Shown in pieces: positions 52,153 through 63,223 of a stretch of 64,000 nucleotides of DNA; position 1 is the first letter of the stretch; each line of letters opens with the position of its first letter. Below the pieces are notes generated by a model. It did not search any database. It had not been told where the DNA came from and worked only from the letters and a program-made list of their open reading frames with translations. The stretch covers positions 8,014,295-8,078,294 of the forward strand of contig MU058636.1 of the NCBI GenBank assembly GCA_013265495.1. Direction: 5' to 3'. The stretch is from Vicugna vicugna (taxonomy: Eukaryota). The position numbers and the translations under genes were made by a program.

Positions 52153-55100
52153 GTGAGTGTGGCCGGCCGGCGGGCTCGAGCTGGGACCCTAGCGGATGAC
52201 GGCTGTCTTTACCCTTAGCTGGGATTTTTCTCAGCGGGTGGCCACCCCACTGGGTTCCCACTTCTTTCCACCACGGAAGCAGGCGGGCTGGAGGACTGCA
52301 GGTGGCCGTAGTGAAAGGAATGGGTCTGTCTTTCCCCAGTGAGGCAGGTGATGCAAGGGACAGTGTGTAGAGTTCTGTACCCGCTGCGACTGCAGTGGAT
52401 GCGCTGCCTCAGGAGACACAGTTACAATCTTTTAAAGAAGTGTTCCGTCAGAACCACATGCCACCCTATTCTCCACCTTCTGTAGTTTATTTCTAAAAGC
52501 ATTGTGCCTTGTTTAGAAGGTTTTACTGAAGCGTTTGGGGGGCCACTCTGCGGAAGTCTGTACATTTCCCTTCTGAGAATCTAGTTTTAGATGGATGAAA
52601 TAAATAGGATTCCAAAGGAAACCAGCTATATTGAAACACTTCTCTATGTATATAAACTCCGAGTTTACGATAAAGTGAGATACATAATCTGTTGTAGAAT
52701 TTACCTGAAGCAAGATCTAATGGGGAGTTCAGTAACTCCCCTGGAATTTCGAATAACGAGTCTTCCACGTACCTTCGGTAACCATAAAGTAACAACGAAA
52801 ACGTTTAATCTCTGGCTGCTGAAGTCGCAGGTACAGCTAATGTAAGGGTTTATTGCTAACTTATCTCGTATTTTAAACATTTTCAGAACTGTGGAACCTC
52901 TGGAGTATTACAGGAGATTTTTGGTAAGTGAAGATTATGTACATGTTATGCCTTTTATGATGATTTAATACGGTTTTTTCATAAACACAGATACTACATT
53001 GCACACCTAAACCAATGTTACGTGCTCAGTTTTTAAACTACTGTTTTCAATTAATTCAAATTAATTTAACGAGGTTTAATGTGTTTTCCCTGGTGTGTGT
53101 AAAATATCCGTGTAGATGTAATCTACTTTCATATATTTATTTAGAAGGAGAACTGCCGTCCTGATGGAAGAGAACTTGGTGAATTCAGAACCACAACTGT
53201 CAACATAGGTAAGGATATTTTGAGTTCTAAAATAGAATGTTGAGGTTACTTCATTTCTGAAAATAGAATTTTTCTTGTGTTTTTATAATAGATTTTTTAT
53301 TTGTAAAGTTTTTTAAATTCACTTCTCTCTCAATTGATGTGTTCACTTTTAAATTTTAAAGTAACTGTGTTTTCCACCCTTCCTTCCTTCAAAATTTCCA
53401 AGACATGGTTTTCTTACATACCTTACACTTAATTAAACCTTCTGTTGTAAACATGGAATTTTCCAATTTTACCTATATGACATTCTCAGGTTTTAGACTC
53501 TGAGCTATTTAAACAGTATTTCAGACAAATTCTACCATGTATAAGGGATTACAGTAATTTTGTGTCAAGAGATTTAATCTGTATAAGTCCTGTTATTGAA
53601 TGATAAGTGGATTAACTCAAATTCAAGGACAGTGAATATTTAAAACAGTATGGTTGACCCTTGAACAACGAGAGGCTTAGGGGTACCGACCCTCGCACAA
53701 AAATCCAAGTAATTCAGAATTGGTACTTCCTATCTGTGGTTCTGCATCTTCAGATTCAACCAACTGTGGATCGTGTAGTACCATAGTAGTTAGTATTTAA
53801 TGAAAATAATCCTTCTGTGAGTGGACTGGTACAGTTCAAACCTGTGTTGTTCAAGGGTCAACTATAATTTTAAAAAGACTCAAGCCGGGAATAAATTCTC
53901 ATAAACAACTGAGATAATGTAGCATGATAAAATGTAGATGAAAACTTTTTCATTTTGCTTAAATACTTATCTTTTCAGGTTCAATTGGTACCGCAGATGG
54001 GTCTTCTTTAGTGAGGCTGGGAAATACTACAGTAATTTGTGGAATAAAAGCGGTAGGTTTAATGTATGTATTGTTAAGATTTGAGTTACCAAAATAGCTT
54101 CGTATACTTATTAGATTGTAATATACGCCTGTAGTTCCACTGTTGGTTAGGTAGTGACGTGTCAGTTTTTTAGTATTTGTTTTCATTTCCCAAGTTTTCA
54201 CTTTTGAGTTTTAGATACTACAACCCAAGTTTAATGACTCAAATTTGTGAACATTCGCAAATGTGCTGAAATGAAACAATTAAAAGTCCTCACCACCTTA
54301 AATTTTTAAAGAATTTGGCTGTAATTTGAGAAATTAAGAGATTTTTGGTGACCTCTGTTTATCCAGTGATGGCATTTAATCTGTGCAACTGTGTAGAAAG
54401 TTGAGATGTTCAAAAGAAAAGCTCGAGAAATAATAGTTACCACTGACTACCTGCATGTTCCAGTCACCTTATATTAGATGTTTTACAGGATTATCTAGCT
54501 TAATCCTCAAGACAGTCATTGAAGTATTTCTCTTTTTATCTCCTGTTTTACATGGGGTTCAATAACTTGTCCAGGAACATCGGCTCATAAGTAGAACTTA
54601 TACTTAAGTGACTCAAAAGCCTCTACTTAACTGAATCACTTAACCTGAGTTCAGATTCTTCCTCAGTCAAGGTGGGGTGATACTTAACAAGACTTGATCT
54701 CTTACTCCTTGCCAGGATTTTTGCTAAGGACTTAAAAGTGTTTCATCTGACTCTTACTAATAATAATAATAGTCCCTGAAAGTGGGCCCTATTAATTTCC
54801 CATTTACAAATGAGGAAGTTGAATGGTAAGGGGTTAAATAACTTGCTCAAAGACTTTCAAGCCAGAAAGTGTTGGTCTGACATTTGAACCAGGTCAGTGA
54901 TTCCAGGGATTTTGCTCTTGATAGTATACCATCAATTCCTAAATCTGTTGGTGTCAGTATCACCTGGACTTTAAATTCATATTCTTGGCTACTGACACGT
55001 GGAAGAGAGGGTCGGGTAGAAATTCAGTTAGAGCTCCAGGTAATTTTGCTGAGTGCACTGCAGTCAGCCATGCTGTACTGCCTTCTTGCCTTGCAGAGCG

Positions 55101-58100
55101 AGTGAGTGGCGCCGTGGCCTTAGAGCCCCTGCGTACCTTCCCAAGCAGAGTAGGTGCTCGTGGTGGAGTTAACTCACGGTCTTTGGTAGAGCCTTCCATG
55201 ACTGACTGCTGTCTTCACAATTTTTTAGCAGCTTCTTTCATAGGAAACATTTGTTTACTTCTGTAGGAATTTGGAGCACCACCAGCAGATGCCCCTGATA
55301 AGGGATATGTTGGTAAGTTAAATGGTTTTGGAATTTTAATACAAATACTTTAACATGGTTAATACTGTTATTATAGCTAAATCGTAGTACAGTGGAAAAA
55401 ATTTACTCAGAAGCTTCATACATTCCTGTATATAAGTTTTCTGTGTGTATCTTAGAAGATACCGTAACAGCAAGATACAGAATTTTGTAAATATATTTAT
55501 CAAACTTGTTTCATCAGTTTTTGTTTATACAGATGTCATCAACCAAGAAAATAGAATCTCTTAGGCAAAGTGCTGTAACTGAAAATGTTTATTTCCATAA
55601 AGATTTTTGTTTATACTGTACCACTGTGATTTTCTTCTTTGGCCATCTTTTCTTTATGGTAGGAATCAACATTTTAAAAATACAGAACAGTTGGTTTGAC
55701 TAGAGGGGCTATCTTCTGTTACAGATTGGGGTATTTTGAAAGAAATCTAAGGACTTTATGTGAATAATTTAGGATTGAGGCCTTAAATAGACTTTTTTTT
55801 TTGTATTTGTGTAGAAAAAAAGTTGGCAAATACAAATTTTATCTAAGCCTGATTCTCACAAAGATGAAAAAGAATGTAATTGCAGTGTTACAGTGCTTCC
55901 TACTTGGAAACCCCATCCATGGCCACAGTTGCCTTTGCAGTGGATTTATTAATACCTTTAATATTAAACCAGAGGTGAAGTTTGGTTCATAGCAGCAGTG
56001 TTTCTTTCAGTTCCGAATGTGGATCTGTCACCTCTGTGTTCATCGAGATTTCGGTCTGGACCTCCTGGAGAAGAGGCCCAAGTGGCCAGCCAGTTCATTG
56101 CAGATGTCATTGAAAAGTAAGATCATCATGATAAAATCTGACATTCATTTTAGAGAGTTTTTGACCTTTTATTTACTGAGCTCTTTGTCTTTAAATCAAG
56201 TTCACAGATAATTCAGAAAGAGGACTTATGCATTTCTCCAGGAAAGGTAACAGGAATAAAGAAGCTATGAGCTTTTATTAATTCTGAAGTGTTTTTTTTT
56301 GTGGGGGAAGTTAAAAAAAACCACAGTAGCCTTAAATACGGATGTCTTGTTTCTAAATGGAATTCAGTTAAAAAAAAAAATCAGTCTTACTCTATCTGGA
56401 TGAACTATATAGTTCACAAAAAACCAATTTTGATTACTTCATTGCCAGGCTGGGAGCTACCTTTTAAGCTGATATGATCTTTTCCCCCCATAACTTTTAT
56501 AGCAAATACAGTCATTTTAAAATTCCTTCTAGCATATCAATATCTGACCAGCTAACATGTTTAAGGTGAATCCACACTGTAAATTCCAAGTCTGTTTGGA
56601 AACTTTAAACCAAGTTGACTAGTACCTAGAGGCTTTTCCTTTTTGATTATACTGATTTATTAAGCCTTGTAAAACCTAAAAATTTCATGTATTAAGGTTT
56701 CTGTGTTAAAGTACATTTTGAGTTTCATTTGGGATTTTCAAAAGCAATACTCTCATCCCAATAAGGATGGGAATTCCTTCTCAGTATATAACTCCCTTGG
56801 GGGAAATGGAGATGTCAGCTTTTGGTGGTCAAGTCAGCTTTTACCAAACCTGTCCACTGTTTTTATTTTATAAATGTAAAGCTTTTTTAAATTTTTAAGT
56901 TTTTGAGCCTTGAAGGTTATTTTGCTTGTCTAATCAAGGGTGTGGTTTCTAAGTAGAAGCAAATACCATGTTATACCAATCAGAAAGCTTTAATTTCTAC
57001 TATGTGTAAACTCTGTTTTAGCTTGCTTGGGTTCTATACTGTGATCTCATTTGCCTCAACCATGATGGAAACATTTTGGATGCCTGCACATTTGCTTTGT
57101 TAGCAGCTTTAAAAAATGGTAAGCAACCTTAGGGAATATTCCTACTTACATCAGAATGTTGTTTTGTTAAAATTTCTCAATAAATTTTTAAAGGTTCTTA
57201 AGAGTTACCTATCATTCATGTGTTTCTAAATTAAAGGAAAACAATGTTTATATCCACTATACTTAATTGTTCTTTTTTTAAAAGTAGTATTTCTGACAAA
57301 TTAAATTGAGGGAAAAGTGAATTAACAAAGCACAGAATGCCTTTTTGTTCTTTTCACTAGTGTGAGACTGATTTTACCTGTTTGTCTTTTTCTAGTACGG
57401 TTGCCTGAAGTTACTATAAATGAAGAAACTGCTTTAGCAGAGGTTAATTTTAAAAAGAAAAGTCATTTGAATATTAGAACTCATCCAGTTGCAACTTCCT
57501 TTGCCGTGTTTGACGAGTAAGTTAATCAAATGTATAAAAGTTGTATATTCAAGGTAATGGATTGTTTTTCAGCTTTCTAACTTTTCAGGAAATACCTAAG
57601 GTGACTGACTATACATCCTAGTTTGCGTGGACACCTGACCTTATACCTGTTGTCCCTGCACAATTATTATTAGCTAATCCTTACAGTTAAAAACATCCTG
57701 ATTCGGATTAATTGTTTCTTACCTTGTAGCTTGGTTTGCTTTTTCCTGTGTAATGTTAATTTTCAATTATTTCACAAAAGATTTACCTTGTGCTGTCTTC
57801 AGTGTTTGCCATGGATTTTAATATATTCATAAATTGAAGGGCAAAGATTCTTATTACAAGTAGTAGAATTTTAGGTTGCTATTAATTTTTCTGGTTTCTA
57901 CCAGTTCTGTCTAGCTCCATGTCTAAGGTAAAATGCAGGTGGTGAGTTTAATTAGTATTTTTCTAAAATAAAATTCGTTCCATGGATTGATAATGTACAC
58001 TTTTAAATTTTTTAAATAGCACTCTGCTTATAGTTGACCCTACTGAAGAGGAGGAACATCTGGCAACTGGAACCTTAACAGTAGTAATGGATGAAGAAGG

Positions 58101-58580
58101 CAAACTATGTTGTCTTCACAAACCAGGCATGTACTTCCCCCTCCATTTCAGTACCAAACAGAGATGAACTCAGTGTGAGCTTCTTTGTATTAGGGAGGGC
58201 CAGATGGAATGTGGATCTTTTATTGTTTTGCCTAACATTAAGTCTACTGTAGTTTCTCTGTTACCTCAGATTCCTTGCGTTTTTATATTGGATGTTCTTA
58301 AACTTCAGGATCACTTGGGCGGTCTTGTTAAAACATAACTTGCAAATCTTGAGACCATACTGCTGGTTTATAGTTTTGATTTTTTTGTTAGTTTTTTAAT
58401 TTGACATGATGTTGATCATGTAAAAATAACAGGTATTAATAGTGTTGGCACAATAATTTTTCAGGTGGAAGTGGACTGACTGGAGCTAAACTTCAGGACT
58501 GTATGAGCCGAGCAGTTACAAGACACAAAGAAGTAAAAAAACTGATGGATGAAGTATTTAAAAGTATGAAACCCAAATAA
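52136..58580 (+). CDS. EXOSC8: Exosome complex component RRP43 (RNase PH fold), complete 11-exon CDS, 276 aa: join(52136-52152,52887-52923,53145-53208,53979-54052,55267-55312,56011-56116,56201-56246,57022-57118,57396-57516,58020-58126,58465-58580)
   Basis: Exons sum to 831 nt and are phase-consistent. Translation: [66 protein letters not shown]...[42 protein letters not shown]. Confidence 0.98.
52887..52923 (+). CDS. EXOSC8: EXOSC8 exon 2
   Basis: [12 protein letters not shown]; 37 nt; cag/gtaagt. Confidence 0.97.
53145..53208 (+). CDS. EXOSC8: EXOSC8 exon 3
   Basis: [21 protein letters not shown]; 64 nt. Confidence 0.97.
53651..53864. mobile_element. Tigger2/MER8-like MITE
   Basis: TIRs GTTGACCCTTGAACAAC / GTTGTTCAAGGGTCAAC flanked by TA. 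Confidence 0.85.
53979..54052 (+). CDS. EXOSC8: EXOSC8 exon 4
   Basis: (G)[24 protein letters not shown]; 74 nt. Confidence 0.97.
55267..55312 (+). CDS. EXOSC8: EXOSC8 exon 5
   Basis: [15 protein letters not shown]; 46 nt. Confidence 0.97.
56011..56116 (+). CDS. EXOSC8: EXOSC8 exon 6
   Basis: [34 protein letters not shown]; 106 nt. Confidence 0.97.
56201..56246 (+). CDS. EXOSC8: EXOSC8 exon 7
   Basis: [15 protein letters not shown]; 46 nt, after an 84-nt intron. Confidence 0.96.
57022..57118 (+). CDS. EXOSC8: EXOSC8 exon 8
   Basis: [32 protein letters not shown]; 97 nt. Confidence 0.97.
57396..57516 (+). CDS. EXOSC8: EXOSC8 exon 9
   Basis: [39 protein letters not shown]; 121 nt. Confidence 0.97.
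57597..57725. mobile_element. MER94-like hAT-Blackjack remnant
   Basis: taaggtgact...catcctagtttgc...cctgttgtccctgcacaattattattagc. Confidence 0.5.
58020..58126 (+). CDS. EXOSC8: EXOSC8 exon 10 (followed by a GC donor)
   Basis: [35 protein letters not shown]; 107 nt; CAG|gcatgt. Confidence 0.95.
58465..58580 (+). CDS. EXOSC8: EXOSC8 exon 11 (last coding exon)
   Basis: (G)[40 protein letters not shown] at 58578-58580. Confidence 0.97.
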
Positions 58581-58658
58581 ACAATCACGACATTTCCAAA
58601 ACAGATTTGTAAAAACTGTATTTGTTACACTGTGCACAAACCTTTTATACTAAATAAA
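58576..58658 (+). terminator. EXOSC8: Candidate EXOSC8 polyadenylation signals
   Basis: AATAAA at 58576-58581 (overlapping the stop codon) and 58653-58658. Confidence 0.65.
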
Positions 58659-58794
58659 TATCAAACTACATTCTTCTGAAAGATGTTTCTAGTATTTCTT
58701 AGGTCACTTCTGCATTATGTACAGTGAAACCATTTTTAAAAAGCAATGACTTAGGCAAACCAACCCTAAGGGTTCATTAAATCATTTCCCTGTT

Positions 58795-58800
58795 TTTATT
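58795..58800 (-). terminator. SUPT20H: Candidate SUPT20H polyadenylation signal
   Basis: TTTATT on the + strand, about 150 nt past the SUPT20H stop. Confidence 0.55.
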
Positions 58801-58946
58801 TAAAAATCATAGGGTTGTGCTTCTGTATAAAGTTTGTGTATCTAGCAATGTAAAATACTGGTATTTAAAAAAAAAAAAAAGTAGAAACTCAGAACCCTTT
58901 TGATTCAATGCTCTTAATGTTTTTAAAAGGAAAAAAAATGCACGAC

Positions 58947-59084
58947 TCAGAATTTCGGAGTGGTCGGCGCGCCTCTCTTCACTTTACTTTTTGACTGGCT
59001 GCCTGTGTGCCGGTGCCGGGGGAGCTGCGCTGTTTGTGCCGCCGCCGCCGCCATAGCCATTTGATGCTGCAAGAATCGCAACTG
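58947..59084 (-). CDS. SUPT20H: SUPT20H last coding exon
   Basis: 45 aa + TGA at 58949-58947; acceptor ttgcag|cag. Confidence 0.93.
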   Translation of the reverse strand, partial: QLRFLQHQMAMAAAAAQTAQLPRHRHTGSQSKSKVKRGAPTTPKF

Positions 59085-62000
59085 CTGCAAAAGAAGGAGA
59101 AAATCAAGTTAGGTCCAATGTAGGCAGGAATGGCAAGGTGCTTTTCCTCAGAGTGATGGAAACAACAAAACTGAAAGGGAGAAAGCACCAAGATAACAAA
59201 AAGGGACTATACCACACTGAGACAACGCACAGTCAAACAGCACCAGTGGCACAGAAGCCTGCCGAGGGCTTTAAACGGTTCTCGGTCGACTTCAGGGGTA
59301 TTTCTGTGACCTTGCCTGGCCAGTCTATTTAGCAGTAACTCAGCAACTTCAGCTACCATTTTGCTGTATGACAGCTCACAGCAACATAAAACCTCCCTGC
59401 AAAGACAGTCCACTGTAGTACGCTGCCTTCCCGGAATAATGGAGTAACATTTTTCTAAAACAAGTATGACATTTACTAACAGGAACACTGGTATACTTGC
59501 CTTTTTCTGCGGTACAGTATTAAGAAGTTAACCATTGGCACTTACAACCGACTACTTCAAAATACATTGGAAACTATAATAATGTGCCACCAGCACTTCA
59601 GGAAAGATTTTAAATTAGGAAAAGGGTATGACTTAAATGTACAAAATATATACTGAGTGCTCCAAGTTGGCTAAAATTGTCAGACTTTTAAATAAAATTT
59701 GCTAAGTTATTTACCAATTACTGTATAGTCTTAAAAGACAGTAAAATAAAACTAAAGTAAGGTATTTTGAAGTACTGTTGGAGCAGAGTATCTTTAAAAA
59801 TGTAACCAGAGTGAAGTTGCTGGATTACTTGGATCTGTTGCTGCTGCTGTTGAAAGGCAGAGGAGAGCTGGAATCTCTGCTGAGGAAGGCTTTGCTCAGG
59901 TCTGTTCTCGGCAGAGCCAAGCTGAGACAACACTACAGAGAGGAGAAGGGGAAAGCAGGCCAGTCAAAAAGTTTGAAGGCTACCAGGGTTAGAAAAGGAC
60001 AACAAAGAAAATGAAATAGAAAAGTATCAGTATGATTAATCTTAAGTATCAAATCACAGACATTTCAGAATAAATTTAGTAGTCTCCTGTTAGTTGAGGG
60101 TACCACTGATTACAGAACTTCCCGGACATGGAAGAGAAGGGAGAGCATGTGGGCCAAAGCACTGTGCCCCTCTCTTTTCTTGCATCTCAATGAAACTTGA
60201 TACTAGTGCTATTTTGTTAAGAAGGCTTTCTTGCAAAATGGTGAGTACAGTATGTTACTTTAAAATATAACCACTCAAGTAGGAAAAGGAGTGGGAGAAA
60301 TCCAAACTCTGGTAAGGATAAAACTGGTAGACAAATGCTGAGAGATGTTACAATGAGTATCAAACCACACTATTAGCAATAGAGGTGGTGAACCACTTAA
60401 AGCCGGGTGGGGTCAGCGATAAATCTGACTCACTGTACAGATGAAATTTCTAGCCTGGATGGTTTGAGAGCTCAAAGATAATTAATAGCAACTCTGGAGC
60501 TAGGGACATTCTCACTTGTCAGCCTAGAGTTCTTTCCATTAAGTTACACTACAGCTATTTTAGGAAATTCGTTATATGTGGTAAAGGTTTATGATAAATT
60601 TCCATTTGGAAATTCACTAGCTCTAAGTCAGATCTTTTTGTAACATGTGCTTACATAAATTCCAAATTCAGACACTAGGAGTTGCACAGGATCCTAAAGG
60701 CACCATAGTAAGCCCGGTGATAATTTAAAATGTTGGTAACATGTTCACTCAGGCATCCTCAAACGCTATCTCAGCTTTTTACACATGCAGCTTACCGATT
60801 TTAATTAATGTAAAGTTGTAACTGCTATCTTCAGTTTATGAAATAATCTTCATTAAAGGTAAATCTTTGGTTCACCATTTACTACTAGAAGTAGTGAGCA
60901 ATCATTCAGTATAATCTTGTTTTTTTTACAAGTGGCTTCATAAGTTATACTACTTCACCATTAAGTCTTAATTCATGCAACTACAAGCTATGAGAATGAG
61001 ACAAGATTATGCAATCTAGAAAAATGCGCTCTCAATAACCGAGGAAAACTGAAGAGTTAACAGTTTTGGAAGCTTCCCGGTGGGTTGGATAATTGTGTAA
61101 AATTTTGCCAATATTTAACATGAGGAAAATAGAACTGCTCTTAATACATGTAGGTCAAAGCACTTTTAATTAATTGTCAATAGTGAAAAAAATCTGAGGG
61201 CCATCAATTAATCGACTTAATAGTTCACTCAATAATTACAACTGAACTTTCTCCTTGTTACTGCTTGCAAAAGAAGGAAAAGAAATAGTTGAAATGGTGA
61301 GATCTCAAACAGGTTAGACCCTTTTAGTAAATTCAACATATTTAGTTATGAAGATACCAACCAGCTGCCTGTGACTGCATAAAACTCCCTACTCCAGCAA
61401 GGTTAATGACGGCAGTGTGCTGAGCAGGTAAGGCCTGTTCTTGACTAGATGAACTTTGTTCAGCAGCCTGAATAAAAAAATAACACATGACTTGTACAAA
61501 AAGAAAAACAGCTTTGGACAGGCAGAAAGAATTAGTACCTTTTCCTGTATGAAAAAAAAATTCAACATCGACTGTCTTGTAAAAATAACATAAGGATAAG
61601 ACTTCAAAGGTATTCAGGATTATTAACAAGAAAAATTACAGTATATTGAAAGAAAGAAAATAAAACCGAGTTTTTAGGATGGATTCTGTACTGGTTTATT
61701 ATTTGATGCTGTATAAAGCTTCATCAGAATTTTTTTTTTTTTAATTGAAGTATACAGTTGATTTACAATGTTGTGTTAGTTTCAGGTGTACAGCAAAGTA
61801 ATTCAGTCATATGTATTTTTTCAGATTCTTTTCAATTATAGGTTATTACAAGATACTGAATATAGTGCCCTGTGATATACAGTAAATCCTTGTTGCTTAT
61901 CTATTTTATGTATAATAGTTTGTTAATCTCATACTCCTAATTAATCCCTCTCCCCCACTTTGGTAACCATACATTTGTTTTCTATGTCTATTTCTGTTTT

Positions 62001-63147
62001 GTATATAGATTCATTTGTATTAGTTTTTAGATCCACATATAAGTGGTATTATCTGTCTGACTTCACTTGGTTTGATGTTCTCTAGGTCCATCCATGTTGC
62101 TGTAAATGGCAGTATTTCATTCTTTTTATGACTGCGTAACATTCCATTGTGTGTATGCTTGTGTGTGTAGACCACATCTTCTTAAGCCCATCATCCATTG
62201 ATGGGCACTTGGGGTGTTTCTATTCCTTGGTTATTGTAAATAGTCCAGTTATGAATACTGGGGTGCATGTATCTTTTTGATTTAGAGTCTTCATCTTTTC
62301 TGGGTAACACCAAGGAATGGGACTGTTGGATAATATAGTAGCTCTGTTTTTAGTTTTTAAAGGAATCTCCATACTGTTTTCCATAGTGGCTGTACCAAAC
62401 TGCATTCCCACCAGCAGTAGGAGGGTTCCCTTTTCTCCACAGCCTCTCCAGCATTTGTCATTTGTGGATTTTTTAATGATGGGCATTCTGACCCATGTGA
62501 GGTGATACCTCACCGTGGCTTTGATTTGCATGGCTCTGATAATTTGTGATACTGAGCATTCCAAAGTGCAGCAAAGGTTTAGAAAACCTGAAGTTCCTTC
62601 TACTACTTTAAGTTACTGCAGTTCTTATTCAATTTCATTTTTGTTTGGCAACAGACAAGGTATTTGTTTTTTGTCTCTCTTCCCTCTGATCTAAGCTTCA
62701 ATATAATAAGAACATCTCTATTCTAATGAAATACTATAGACAGAAGGATGACTGATGGTGGCACAGAAAACACAAGGCCTACAGGAGCAGGGAGACCTGG
62801 GTTTGACTCCTTGCTCTGCCACTCACTGTATGGTTGTAAGCAGGTCAGTCACCGAGTCTAGTTCATATTATGCAAGACAGAAGTGGTATCATCCATTCAG
62901 TATGGCTGTTGTGAGAATCAGAAATAGGTACCTAATAACTCATAGCTACTACTGTTAATTAAAAAAACAAACAACATGTGAAAAGTTTAAATAATCTAAA
63001 CAACACTTGAAATATGCTTGGAATACAAAAAAAGGTTCTAATTCTATAATAAAGCATTTTGAAGGTAGAAAGGACATACCTGCTCCCCGGGCTGCTGAGG
63101 ACTAGAAGCTGTGGGTTGCTGAGGCTGCTGTGGTGTAAACTGAGGGA

Positions 63148-63191
<44 letters not shown>

Positions 63192-63223
63192 AGAGTGTTA
63201 AAAATGAGCGAACCTCCTGGAAG
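58947..63223 (-). CDS. SUPT20H: SAGA subunit SPT20 homolog (p38IP/FAM48A), last four coding exons: join(63080-63223,61362-61467,59829-59932,58947-59084); gene continues beyond the window
   Basis: LPGGSLIFNTLQ14LPQFTPQQPQQPTASSPQQPGEQ / AAEQSSSSQEQALPAQHTAVINLAGVGSFMQSQAA / VLSQLGSAENRPEQSLPQQRFQLSSAFQQQQQQIQ / QLRFLQHQMAMAAAAAQTAQLPRHRHTGSQSKSKVKRGAPTTPKF*; GT-AG, phase-consistent, syntenic. Confidence 0.95.
59829..59932 (-). CDS. SUPT20H: SUPT20H penultimate coding exon (104 nt, skippable)
   Basis: tag|TG TTG TCT CAG...ATC CAA|gtaatc. Confidence 0.93.
61362..61467 (-). CDS. SUPT20H: SUPT20H coding exon (106 nt)
   Basis: cag|GCT GCT GAA...GCA GCT G|gttggt. Confidence 0.92.
61730..62561 (-). 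mobile_element. 5'-truncated LINE-1 with poly(A) tail, in a SUPT20H intron
   Basis: ORF 62220-62564 (IIRAMQIKATVRYHLTWVRMPIIKKSTNDKCWRGCGEKGTLL...) is L1 ORF2 C-terminus; T13 at 61730. Confidence 0.92.
62755..62945 (+). mobile_element. MIR remnant
   Basis: ggagacctgggtttgactccttgctctgccactcact...gctgttgtgagaatcag. Confidence 0.6.
63080..63223 (-). CDS. SUPT20H: SUPT20H coding exon with polyQ (144 nt)
   Basis: tag|CTT CCA GGA GGT...GAG CAG|gtatgt; 48 codons. Confidence 0.94.
63149..63190 (-). repeat. SUPT20H: Pure coding (CAG)14 repeat encoding Q14
   Basis: 14 uninterrupted CTG units on the + strand. Confidence 0.97.

Larger units (their letters stand above)
50690..52420. promoter_or_regulatory. 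Bidirectional CpG-island promoter region shared by ALG5 and EXOSC8
   Basis: Divergent ATGs at 50831(-) and 52136(+); two CpG-rich blocks; NRF1-like GCGCAGGCGCA at 52108-52118; YY1-like AAGATGGCGGC at 52133-52143; ETS-like CGGAAG at 50882-50887. Confidence 0.85.

Noticed and set aside
57055..57069. EXOSC8 LNHDG where I recall human LDYDG
   Set aside because: RRP43 is catalytically inactive, and I recall the same variant in other artiodactyls; probably ordinary divergence
59316..59396. Possible 81-nt poison exon in the last SUPT20H intron (tttgcag ... CAG|gcaagg)
   Set aside because: Short pyrimidine tract and a non-canonical donor; unsupported without RNA data
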